Source: Kudoa neothunni (Eukaryota > Animalia > Cnidaria). Taken from it: 64,000 nt of DNA. The number at the start of each line of letters is the position of its first letter. Within the stretch, counting starts at the first letter, position 1. The stretch is from positions 3,794,705-3,858,704 of the forward strand of contig OZ199838.1 in NCBI GenBank assembly GCA_964304625.1. The letters are read 5' to 3'. Both the position numbers and the translations under genes were made by a program. The notes under the pieces are model-generated. The model saw only the letters and a list, made by a program, of their open reading frames with translations, did no database searches and was not told where the DNA came from. Positions 49,525 to 62,289 of the stretch are shown piece by piece.

Positions 49525-52202
49525 ATATATGAACATAAAATTTTGATACGAGCGTTATTTTAGCGGATATTCTCATCCGTTGCAATAGCCACTGCCTTAA
49601 TAAAAAGGTCGCCACGTGTTAGACACATTCCAACAATATATTAATTCACAGTCTAACAGATTAGAGCGTATGCACTAGAAAATCTAATTGAGGCCTGTAG
49701 TACACTACTCCAGTTAATTCAGTCGGAGTTGAATACTAGGCTAGTCAGCAGAATTTTGATAAATTACTCCAGTTTATACTTATGCTGAAACAATCTATAG
49801 ATTTTATATAGGAAATATTTGTTTACGTACGTGTATTGACCATAACACTACCCATTATTTATTAAAGCAGGTTTTGTGTATCAATTACACATATGAAAGA
49901 ATAGTGAGATTATACCACTTTAATAGCTCCCGAATGCTGTATGTGACGCTAATGCTACACGAATCCGCAGTGAGAATAACGCGAGGTGGAATTATACCGT
50001 GCCGAAGAGAATGATCAGTCGAGTTGTTTTGCTAAGTTTTTTGAACAAATAGAATTATTGTATTCATATTTTTGAAAAATATTTTACTTACCAAACTGAA
50101 ATAAACCCTCACCCAATAGATAGGCAATTTGGTTAGTCATCTTCGGATTCATCAAATTGAGTTATACAATTTATGCATCACCCCAACAACAATATTATGA
50201 TCAAATTAGTCACAACAAATACAGTATATACGATATAAACGACATTAATCCTATAAATTCTCTCAACATTCGCATAGCCTGTCGCTGATAGTGTACGTGA
50301 TAATCACTACGTAGGATAGTCGTATCAAATGATGGATTCTGGCAAGGAGGAGAATCTACACTGAACTGCATGTCGACGCAAACATTCAATTCAAACATAA
50401 TACAGCATGTATTCGATTATTCGCCAGGGAATAAACTAAAACGTTGTTTAGGAATATTTTCCCATGGAATCCCCACGAGGTTAATCATAGTTCAGCACGC
50501 TATTTTAACGATTATTCTATCTCGAGGTAGTAAGGTAATTTGACCAGTTGCCATTATGTGTGTGAATCTATTTAGGTGGAGTTTTATGGTTGGTACTGCG
50601 GAATGAGTGTGCAGTAAGGATATTATTAACGCTATTACGAACCGTAGATCGTTGATTTTCTCGTCAGGTAAACCCTGATATAGAGCTTACATTGCACCGA
50701 TGAGAGTGATAACTACTTGAAGTGCCTGGGCTCACCCATACGTGTACAACATGCAGTGGTTAGGAATAATTGATTGGTGTTGGTAAAAATCAATTATTGA
50801 TCTTGCATTCATCGATTGCAATTATAAAAACTTTTCTTGAGGTATATTTTCATATTTATTGTGATCGATCGAAGCAAGATTCTTATCAAATCTATCAGCC
50901 TTTATATTAAAAATTGAAATAAAACTTGTTATTAACTATAATTTCGTTATAATAATTATTTGCTTCATCAAATTAGGAATATTTTTTCCCTAAAAACAAT
51001 TAAATATTTTATGAATCCTAAAATTAAACAAATAAAATAAAGCAATGCGCTAGATTATATAAAAACCTTATTAATTTCAATTATTTTAATGAAAACGCTT
51101 GTTATTAAAGAATAATCATTTTTAATTTAGTTATAAGAATGAATATGTTCATAAATTATTTTTACTGTGTTTAATCTCAATTAATCATCGTTATAATTGA
51201 TTTCGTTTTACATTAATGTCTATTATACAAAAATTAGGTATAAAATCGAGATAAAAAACGTGGAAAAATAACGAATTATACATGATACCATAATACCACC
51301 GTAATATAACAACTATGATAAGAGTAAACAAAAATACTTCAAATGTGTGAATTTAAAGAGATGCTTCAAATTTTGTTTCAAAAATCTAGACTTTGATTAA
51401 AAATAATTTGTCGATATTGACCTTATGAATGTAAAAAGGGGATATTTAAGGTTTTTAAAGTTGCATTAATTGATATACGTATCATAGAAAATTCGTATTC
51501 AATTAGTAACTTAGAAAGAATTAAAGTTTATGTTAGAAATTTTTGGTTAAAATCTTAATTGGAATCGAAGTTGGTCAATATTTACACTACATTGAGAAAT
51601 TAGTTTATATAATAGAAGACTTTAAGAATTAGTCGTTACCACTAATCAAAATTAGGTCATGTGAATCCGACATTAGATACGAAGATGCATTGTCTGATCC
51701 AAATGAAGTATAAACAACAAAATATATTTACTCTGTGCTATCTATGGTCAAGAGAAAATCGTTTATTTATAAAATATTTTTAGAGAGTCAATACAAATGG
51801 GTGTAGATTACAATTTAAACAAGAATGAAAATCGGCAAATTATCAGTCATTAAAGACAAGCTGCTGCAAAACACAACACAGATGAGCGTATTCAAAGATA
51901 AAAACAATTATAATGAAAATTTCTTTTCATTATAGCTTATCAATTAAAATTAACATATTTGTAATTAATTTTGTCCAACCGCTGACAGCATGGTTTAAAT
52001 CTCCATCTATCTGTCAAACTATCAGCTCGATAGATAAAACATCTGATGCGAGCAAAAACGAACACATGAATAAGTATGGATACTAATTCTAACATATGTA
52101 ATACAATACATGATTTATTAGAGAGTAGTGGTGTGTGAATATTTTCAAGAATTGACCATCAGTTATTGTGGAACTAGCGGAAGACATATCGATCTGTTGT
52201 GA

Positions 52203-54480
52203 TTATTCAGCAGGACTGTTGGGAGGAGTGTATTGGTTGATTGAAACCAAATAATTTATTTTCTCTTTAACCGCGTTAACAAGCCTATGTTTGTCACTTT
52301 TGAGGCGAGTTAGGTTTTTCTTCATAGCGTTAATCATTAGTGCGTAGTTGGAAGTGGCGGTTAGAATTTTAACCTTGGATAGGCGATTTAGTTGCATGTT
52401 TACGAGTTCTGGGACGAGACTGACCAATTTGAAGAAGTAACCCCTCAATTCACTCCTACGCTTTCGTTCTAGCATGTTGTGATTTTGTCTTTTATACACA
52501 GACTGTGGATCATTGACATCGGAGCGACGCCTAGAACTTGAAGATTTTCTTTGCGACGGGCAGCGGGAACGTCTGGATCTACTAGACCTGGAATTTTCAT
52601 CGATTTGTCTACGGCTGGTATTGCCGTTGGACAAAAATGCAAAGCCGTTGGAACTGATAAAGGCACCATTGTTGCTGAGTGCGTCGAATGGATTAAAGGC
52701 GTTAAAGTCATCAAGTGGCGTAGTCGAATGATTGCTCGCATTGTTATGATAGTTACTGTATCTATGATAACTGTCTTGTTGTTGATTCGGTATGACATTA
52801 GAGACTGGAACATTGCTACCGCTACCGGGTGGCCTCGCAATCACCAAGTCGTTTGCAGTGTGACCAGGGGGTCTCTGCTGAAAATGGTTGCTAATCATGG
52901 AACCAGTTCCAAACATACCGTTAGGGTCACTGGAATTGAATGATCCCATCATATCAAAATATTCATTGTGATTAACGTCAAAAAAATTGTTGGCAGATCG
53001 GACTGACGCGGCTGTGTTAAAATCGAAAGGAATACCACCGGCAGACAACGATGTCGGCATTGTTAGAATGCTGTCGTCCCCATAAGCTGCTGAATCGTTT
53101 AAATTGGCGACTCCAGATGCTCCATTGCTGTCGTTAACGTTGGAATTTATGACGAAATTGGGATTAGAACCAATCGCAGAGGTTGAATAATTCAAGTTAT
53201 TCTTAGTGCTGTTTGATGCGACTACAGCATCAGAATTTTGGAAATCGACATGAAAACCGCCAACATCAATTAAGTTTTGCTCTAAGTATCCAAGAGAAAC
53301 GTTTTGGAATGTATACACAGAATTGAGAGCTAAAATGACATGAGTGAAAAGCAGCACTTAGAGTACAACTAACAAAACCGTTTTGATCATCAATCAATGT
53401 TTGATCAATAAAACTTTTATTCAAACGCATACCTGGTTCAACGTTTTCCTGATTGGCTGATCCATCGGAGGCTGTGGTTTGCCAGTTACAATTTTGTTCA
53501 GAACATGTATTTATGTAGTAGTTGGCTTGTAACTCCGATTGGAGCTCATTAGAATAGCTATTAATTGAATCTTGGTTTACAAAGCTACTAGTGGTGTGGT
53601 TTACAACTGATTGATCGGATTCCTTACAAAAAATTCCAATCACAAAAAATCACACACACACAATAATTACCGGAGTAACATTGTCAAATGATTGATCAAA
53701 GTAGTGTACCTGTTGTTGTTGTTGTTGTTGTTGCTGTCGTTGATGATCAGAAATATTAAGTGAGACTGATCTGGTCAATTGAGAAGCAGTCGATGCCGAT
53801 CTGTTTGGGGACATAATATCATTAGAGCTAAAACATTCGATTACACGAGTAAATCATGCCGATTTACTTAACATCTCCATTTTGTGTGGAACCACCGTAA
53901 CTGGTAGCGGTCCTAATGTTAGAATCAAATGAGCCACCTATGGGATTTAATCTTGGTGGATTGATAGCTCTATTGGGACCACTATTCACACCAGATGTCA
54001 AACCAACCAACGTATTGTTGGTGGATGATATTTCATCGACATTCTCATTTGAGGATCTTGCCGATGAAGATTGTGTCGTTTTAGAAATCATTTCCAATCT
54101 AGGTGGTTTTGAACCTCCAATAGCAGTGGGGTTATTACTACTATAGCGGTTAGAGTTTGGCATAGATAATTTTTTAAGCTCCTCTCCTAAATTCAAAATA
54201 CGTTAAGTGGAGCAAAAACGAATAACACAAGGAAGCTGTCAAGTTGATCAGACTCAATTAGGCAAACCCAACAAATATTCGGCAGGTTTAACCAATTGAA
54301 ATTTGTATTTGGTATTAAAAGGGAGAGCCAAAAACATGGCCGAACAATAACAGCGCGGATAATGTGTTTAATCGTCATACTCATAGTTTGATGGGGTGCG
54401 GCACACCTTGTTTCACTGTGCATTTCCAGAGGTAGGTCCGTAGAAAACTTATAAAGTTGATTCTGAATAGTGTTTTCCAT
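52203..54480 (-). CDS. myc: Myc-family bHLH-ZIP transcription factor (multi-exon; 5' end uncertain)
   Basis: C-terminal KRQNHNMLERKRRSELRGYFFKLVSLVPEL...SKVKIL...Y plus zipper matches the Myc bHLH. Asn/Ser/Gln-rich upstream exons are joined by short GT-AG introns (e.g. ~53330-53379). Confidence 0.75.
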
Positions 54481-54499
54481 AGTGAATTACAAAGACGTG

Positions 54500-56250
54500 T
54501 ACAGGTATTTTCAAAAGAGTCTATATAGATTGGTGTCAGAAAAAACTCCTCAAAAGATCAGCTGGCGTTAGCACAACGCGTGCAATGTGTCAACCTCATA
54601 GATATCTAACGAATTGGGTGGAAAACATCGAAATGTAATCACAAACGAAGTGACACTTTGAATCGCCCCAGCCTACAAAAACAACACATACCCTAATGAT
54701 AATTTCAGACAGCAGCTTCCAAGAAATGTGATTTGGTTGGAATCAATAAAATCAGAGCAAACACCACTATTGCAGCTATTAACACCTTCGCTAATCCCAC
54801 TTTAATACAAAGTTGGCTGAGATTAGATGGATTTTGATCCACACGTATTAAGCTCCTGAATATTAAAGTGGGTTGGATTTGCATTTGAGGCGACCGATAG
54901 AAGCAATTGATTTAAAATATATCTCAAAAGTTCACTACCAAACTAATTTACTTTAAACTCTAAAAAAAATTTCGGTCGATGATATTAACGATGACATGAT
55001 GATTATTGTGAATTTTCGTTTATTTAACTACTCAATCGACCATTCAGCCCACTTGTACAATTTGTTTAATAGGGTTATGTACTAATACCGAAATTAATAA
55101 CGACTGAAAATCCAATTCATTCATGAATGCCACCTACCAAAGTTGAATAGAGTTTAGCTAAACATCTGAGAGAATGAGATTTTCAGTTAAACAATATTTA
55201 TGCTCCTAACACAGATAGGATCAATCTCTAAACCTTTATATGTGCCATGACACAAAAACACCCACAATACATATTAATATTCAAATAATAACAATTACAA
55301 ACGAACGTAAAAACAAATTGAGTTCAAATCACATTATTACCCCCTCAAATAATATATTATGAGTGGATAGTGTCAATATTAACTGTCCTGAGGAATACTA
55401 CTTATATATGTTATTATCTAGTTTAAGCTGGTGTATTATCTATCCCATTTATTTATTTTGATTGGTGGAGTTAATATTTACTTTTGGGTGGGATCGGTTG
55501 TAATGGGTGAACTCACAGAATAATTCCACATACTTGAAGTATTTATATCGTTATTGGGTGGCGCCTTCTATTCTCACATATTCAATACTGTGTTGAACTT
55601 ACACTATAAATTAAGCCTTTCAGCTGATAAATAAATATTCAATGTTTGCATTGATTAATAACAATTGCGGGGTTTGAAAACTGAAATTTTGTGATTTGGT
55701 TGGCAGTTTGCAACTGAATCCAATATTTCTGTTATTCCAACTGATGCACATCATTGGTTGGAATATATTATTCAACTCTAAATTAAAGCTGCCTTGGTGT
55801 GATTGTTTTCGGTTGCTTCCAACAACCTCTATAACGAAATCGTAATCTCAACATATTGGATTAGGATTGGAGGGGAATGGACTCTCGTTCCTTTTACAAT
55901 CGATATTTTCTGTTGAGCTTTACAGTCAACATATTAAAAGTTGCCTAAAATTGCCTAAATGAACCATCTTACTTTGTTGATTAAAATTAGTGAATCTAAA
56001 AGCGGGGTTTGCGATAATTCTATTAAAGATTTAGCAGATCGTTGGGCGTTTTCACACCTTATTGTATTGCAGTAAAAACATGTAGTTAAGAACTAAACAG
56101 TTATTAAATATCTATTCCGTAACGACTTATATCAGGAGGATTCTGTCATCAATTGTATTAATCTACTTATCCATACCTGATTTTTTGCACCTAGGCACAT
56201 TCTTCTTGATTAGATAGTTTTTACTGAAATTATTCAAAATTTCGTTTAAG
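54500..56250 (-). other. Candidate additional small exons (upstream part of the myc-like gene, or a separate gene)
   Basis: Several short stop-free segments flanked by GT/AG, e.g. CENAQRSAKSLIELSQTPLLDSLILINK|gtaag near 55975-56060. No recognisable domain. Confidence 0.25.
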
Positions 56251-56909
56251 CTTTAACTTTTTAACCTAGTATAATAACTCTCTGACTAAAAAGATTATGG
56301 AGTTTGGGACACCTGACAAATAACTGTTAGGTTGGTGACTTTCCGGCCCACATTATATTGTACGTGTTTTGGGTCACAAACTTTAAGCTTGTAATTTTTT
56401 AATTAATATTAATTATGAGAAAATTCCTTTTAAAATATAATTTTCGATTGTACATTATCTATTCGAGGAACTACGAAAAGATTTAAAATATTAATTACGT
56501 TTTTAAAAAAATGATTACGTTTTCGTTGTTATTTCCTCGCCATATGAAATTACTATGCATATTTTATAATACAACTATAAGGGCCTGATTTCTAAAGTTT
56601 TGTGTTTGACGTTAAAAAGATAAGCAGAGATGCTACAAAAATTCAAATCAAAAGGGTGATTATTTTTTATAATTTTAAAAGTGAAATCGCCGAAAATAAT
56701 ATAAGTTAACTCAATTATTGAGTTTGATAGATTCGTAGTCGTAGCTTCCTAATCCGTTCGTGGGTCTCACATCCATCCGGCTAAAATTGGGTTTGACACA
56801 GCGAGCACGAAACAACCCCAAACATTAAGAACACACAAAAAACAACTTAAGTGGAAATTATGTGAATCAGTACTGTTTGATTTATTTTGTCACTATAAAT
56901 ATAACGTTT

Positions 56910-57040
56910 TGTAACACAAGGTCCGAACTGGGATTCGAACCTCTATTATTGGCATTAAAAGGCGGTGGTGCCATACCACTATATGATCGATCGCACATCT
57001 GTGATTGGTGGGTTACAACCCTTGTAATCTATACGTTACA
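56910..57040 (-). repeat. ~130 bp dispersed repeat with LTR-like ends and a tRNA-Lys-like core (copy 2)
   Basis: TGTAAC...GTTACA terminal inverted hexamers. Minus strand has A-box-like TATAGTGGTA, loop CTTTTAA, B box GGTTCGAATCC and 3' CCCAGTTCGGAC. Confidence 0.7.
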
Positions 57041-57071
57041 GAAATCTACTATATTTTACGTAGATGATTAA

Positions 57072-58139
57072 TCCTCTATCCTTTCCTTTATATATATATA
57101 TATATACACAAAGAGGACTGTCGGTATGTTTGTTTGTGTGTGTATGCCCCTAAGTACGCATGTGCGGATAATTTTTTCCTTATAGAGAGCCGTATATAAA
57201 ATTTTTATAAATTTATGATATTTAAAAAAATCGTTTAATTGTTTTCGGACTACGAAAGTTTCTAAAAAGTATTTATGAAATAGTGATTTTGTCGATTTAA
57301 AGTTTGTTTTTCGGATTAAATGAGTTCAACGATAGGATTAGCACTTGCTTATTTCATGGTTATGATCGGTTAAAGTTAACTATCTCCCTTATATGCTCCA
57401 TCATATGTTCATTAACTGCTTCTATCTATCTTTATATATAAGGTTGGCGTTTCTTTTCGGGTGTCTGTTTAAACACACTCCTTATTCGTGGGGCTTTAAC
57501 GTATATGACTTGATAAGTATATTTTATAGGTTCTATTAATGGTTTTCAATGTGATAAAAAATCTATATATGTTTCATAAATAACGAATTCATGGAGAACG
57601 TTAAAGTTACGTTGATTGAAGCGTTATAATGGAAATACTGCGTTCATAGGTCTCATTAAATTGTCCGCAAAGTTTTACTTTACGTGATTAAGTTCAATGC
57701 GGATGGTTGTACTTTTATTTCACCAAATTATTTAAATTGTTTATGTTGAAGTCGACGCAATTTGTGGTTGTTTATGATAAAAGCGCATGTATGTTTATGC
57801 CGAGTTAAACAATGCTAATTTCAACAATATCGATTAATTTTCATAAGTTTTCTTCTATCTCTTTTATTTTTTCTATTTTTTTATCTCTTAAAAAGTTAGT
57901 GGTACACCCAGTTACCGAGCCACGAAATTTTTAAATGGACGCCGGGATTAATACTTTCCTTCACAGAAATTATAATAATTTAAATTACATAACCCAAATC
58001 GTTATAGTAAGCTGCTTAAAAATTTTTAGTTATTTTGTTTTTATGGGTTAATTCGAGATTTCAATATATTTTTTGAATGCTATTAAAACAAGCCTCTAGG
58101 CGAAATCTTCCCCAAGCAACGCTGGGCAGTTCCAGCTAG
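57072..58139 (+). mobile_element. Non-autonomous Helitron(s): two 5'-type ends (~57072 and ~57421) and one 3' end
   Basis: TC...TATATATA starts followed by GT-rich tracts. 3' hairpin CCCA(A)GCAACGCTGGG followed by CAGCTAG|T at 58139. Confidence 0.7.
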
Positions 58140-58160
58140 TGATACATAAAAACGACCACA

Positions 58161-58959
58161 TTCCAAGGAACTTGGGATCTTTTAGACATCTAGTCTTTAT
58201 TTTACGATAATCAATGAAAAAATGTTTCAAAATGCTGTAAAATAATTTAAGAAATTTCTACCAACAAAAGTTTAAGAGCAAAGTGACTCCTCGGGTCAGT
58301 TAATCCTTTAAAATTCGATTCGGCCGGATTATGTGACGTTTCGTAAGTTTTCGAGAATAATAACAATTTTTTCGTATTATGGAGATAAAATTAAACATAT
58401 AAGAATCAAAAAATCATTGCTGTACATCCGAGTTAGTAGATTTATATTTGGAACACTGAATATACTTAATCGAAGAATGAATTCGACAAAAATATCGTTT
58501 ATAACTAATGCGCCGAATTTTTTTGTCACTTTTTGTAGGAAAAAAATGTAGCATATTTCTTTCGAGTTGGATTCCATTATTTCGATTTCATAGGAACAAT
58601 ATGGATCCGGTGTTTTAATCATTTCCGTATCCATTGATTTTTAACTAATATTGGTTCTGTAGAAACATAACAAATATTATATTTTTGAATTGTAAAACAA
58701 TTAAGGGTTATTAAAGGACTAAGAATCCGTATTCTCAACATAAAACAACTATCACACTTGATTTTAACATTCAGCGAACACGTACGAAGAGTCATATTAG
58801 CTTGCCGAATTAATTTTGAAAGATTAACTGTCCCAATAAACCATCCTTTGCTCGAAGTTTCGCCTGTTGAAATTTCTTAAACTATTTAAAGCATTTTGAA
58901 ATATTTTTCAGTATCGCAAAATAAAAACTTGGTGTTTAGAAGATCCAAAATTCGTTGAA
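58161..58959. mobile_element. Foldback/MITE-like element with ~200 bp degenerate inverted repeats
   Basis: 58161-~58360 aligns with the reverse complement of ~58770-58959 (shared blocks TTTCAAAATGCT, TTTAAGAAATTTC, GAGCAAAG, CAGTTAATC, ATTCGGC). Confidence 0.75.
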
Positions 58960-61104
58960 GGATAAATTTTTATTTCAAGAAGAAATTTAGTTTATTTTTT
59001 CCGAGATTTAACGACTTGTAAATATTGTAAATTAACGATAATAACATTCTTTCAAGTATTTCGAAAAATATATAAAATACAATCAGGTTAAAATTGCTTG
59101 TGGTCCAAAAAAATCCAAGCTCGTTAGGGGATTAATAAACATCGAAATGCATGTTTACCATTCATTACTCACAAATTATGGATACTTGGTGGTATTTCTG
59201 ACAGAACCCGGTATTTTTTGCAAACTTTCGAATATTGGCATGGGGTGGGAAGTTTTATGAAAATATGCGCCTTCAATGGTGTGGACGGTATCAAATTTTT
59301 GATTTTGTATGTTTTGATATAGATAATGCGTATAAAACTAAAGTTTCAATATGAGAAAAGTGGTCGACCGGGAGAACTAGGAAACTTCCTACGCGCGGAA
59401 CCTATAATATGTGAGTGATACTAAAGAAACTACAATTTATCTAATTAATTAATTAATTTCGAGATAAACATATTTTAAGTTCGCTGAATATAAGTCGCTA
59501 TAATCTAAATAGAAAATTTTCTAATTTATCTAATAAAATCAAATTTTCGCCAATACGCCGCTTCTGTAACATTTGTCACATTAGACATGTGACAATCGAT
59601 AACATTTTCAACATTAATTTGGCTAGCCTTTATTTTTACGAAGAATTTTGAAATTTTTAGGCGTTATTCATCAAATTTACCGCAATAATGACAATTAGAT
59701 TGTTCTGCATTGTTTTAAATTAAAGATATGTCATCTACAACATTTTCACACGCGTTCCAACAATCGATAGGATATTTGACTCCTTGTAGAAAATTTTTTC
59801 AAACCTACTTGAAAAAGAGGGAAAGATTGATATTTTTAAATTCCTACGGTTTCCTTCCAATTTTCTTATATTCTAAATGTTCGGATGGAACAAATGTTAC
59901 AAATATACGGCATTTAACAATATATTTGAATTCGTAATTTGAAAAATTACCTATAGCTAAAAAAAAATTTCGGATTTTTCTAAAAATACACTATCCGAAG
60001 TGACACAGGCAAAAGTATATCTTAGATTTTGTTAATTTTATAAAAACCGACCTTTGCAGATATCTCGAAATAAATTATTGTGTAATCTGAGAAACTTAGA
60101 TCACACTTACTTCTAATAATGAGAGTCTCCTTCAAAAAGTCATTCTCTTTCTTCATCCTTGGATGTATGCATGCCAGTAAATAAACATCCAAAAATATTC
60201 CATAACACATAACATACAGATGAAGGAATCTCTTGTACATACCTTAAATGCACATCCAAAATCCTCATATTTTTAGAATTTCAAATGGGTAAGATTTTAA
60301 TCAGAGGTCAATATTACTATGCTGTTGGTGTTGTCCACTCCAAGTCAAACAGACAAACAATTTTTATCACGACATATATATACTTCTGATTCTACCAAAT
60401 CTTTTCAAGAATCAACTAAAATAGAATTTCTTTCTTACATTACGGATAAACGGTGGCTATTGGCACGATTATCGATATCTCCATAACCGCTTCTCAGTTT
60501 ATAACCACATTTCGCAAACTTATTTATTGATTTTTTTCCTGCAAAATTTTCTATACAAATATAAAACGTACGTTTATCATCGTAAAAACACCATCAAATA
60601 GGATATAATTTTTAAAATCGTAAATTATAAGTTATTATTAAAGTATACGACTCTATCGAAATTAATTATAGCCGGTATTTTCATAGTAAGTAACAAATGG
60701 TCGAGCGCCATTATTCATTGGTTGGACGCGCAAAAACTATGCCACATGTCGAGACTCACAATTAGTTTTACGAATTTACATCAAAATTATATAAACCTAT
60801 TTTTAATTTTTATGTTAAATATGAATTTTAAAAACTTCCTTAAATTTTTTGCATATTTATAATATATGTTACGGATATTTTATGATTATTATTGGATAAT
60901 TAACTGCCAGCATAAAATGTAGTAAACAAATTTCTAAAGTTACTTGGGATAAAAATCCTAGAACCAAGTTATTTGGAACCGTCCTACATTGGTTTTAATA
61001 CTAAATGATTTCAGTTTTATTTTAAGACAGCGATACTTTTACGACATATGAATTCACATGGTCGCGCAATTTTAAGGTCATAGTTATGGGGCTAACAAGT
61101 CAAT

Positions 61105-61650
61105 GCAATGACGAAAAAATTTACTTTGAAATAGGGAAGGAGTTTCCCACATTTGATTCATTACGTGAAACAATTTATGCTTTGAACAGAATAAATGTTG
61201 TAATCTTAAAATATACAGCTCAAGATCTTTAGATGATGCACAGAAGCGGATGAATAGATACCTTAACCCTTTAATTATTTATTATGAAATAAAATACGTT
61301 TGTTTTTTGCGAAGCAACATGAAAATCGCGGAACTGGGAAAAGAAATAAACCTTCACTTGAAGTTGGAAGCCCTTTCTATATATCTCTAGGAGCTAACGA
61401 CGAACGTGAATCCCTTGAGATAAAATGGATCAACCAAAATCATAAACCACAACTGTGATCCTATCGTCTTTCAATATTTACCACCTCAAAGGAAAATTGA
61501 TAGGTCAGACCCAACCTTGGCCAGTTTAATTGCAGTTGGCGCCAACAAGAAATTGGCTGGCAGTCACACATTAACAAGGAAACTGGGAGAATTGTTACTT
61601 TGAAATCATTAAATAATTTAAAGAAGAAAATTTCCACAATAGATGATAGT
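61105..61650 (+). pseudogene. MULE/FAR1-type transposase N-terminal remnant
   Basis: EIGKEFPTFDSLRETIYA, YYEIKYVC, GSPFYI and an HNH-like segment, typical of the FAR1/MULE DNA-binding region. Frameshifted. Confidence 0.5.
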
Positions 61651-62289
61651 TTTACGTCGGTTTATAACATACATACAATAGATTACAACTGTGATGTTAA
61701 AAGATTCCCAGAACATTTTCTCTCTGATATCCACAGAAACATAACGCCATACTCAAATTACCTCGATGTCAAGGTAATTATAATAAAATACCATAACAAA
61801 TTTTTGTTTGAGTTATAATAATTTGGCAGTCAAGTTCAAAAGATTGCACCGACATTATATCTCGAATGTATGTCCTTGCACTTGCCCATATAACAAACAC
61901 ACCCGCGCGCGTTTTCCGTTTTCCATCAAAAAAAAGTGTTATCGCCGTTAAGCTAGTTACAAATTACATAAATTCGACATAAAAACACTTGAAATATTAG
62001 TCATGCATCTTAAAGATATAATATAATGAGTAATTATGTTAATAGTTTCTAAACTGTACATCTTCAGTACGTTTACAGTAAACCAGAATCGTTAATGTAA
62101 TTATTATTGCCAAAAGAATTATCGTAATTGAAATGGTAGCGATATATCCAGCGCTTAATTTTGGAGGTGGAGCGACAGTGACCTCTTTCAAGCGAGGGCC
62201 TATGAACCCTAATCTTGGATCACTGCAGGCGTAGACCTGCTCATTTAAAAAGAACGGTCTAAATAATGTAAAATCAACTAATTAATAAC

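Noticed and set aside
52469-52943. Overlapping alternative-frame and antisense ORFs within the myc-like exon
   Set aside because: By-products of a relatively GC-rich, low-complexity coding exon.
56920-56995. Functional tRNA-Lys gene
   Set aside because: The acceptor, D and anticodon stems do not pair; only the boxes and the loop remain.
49398-57040. The two ~130 bp repeats as paired LTRs of one element that captured myc
   Set aside because: The copies are substantially diverged, share no TSD and show no PBS/PPT. The interior is an ordinary intron-containing host gene.
59560-59910. Short inverted match TGTAACATTTGT / ACAAATGTTACA suggesting another MITE
   Set aside because: Termini and TSD could not be defined; too degraded to call.
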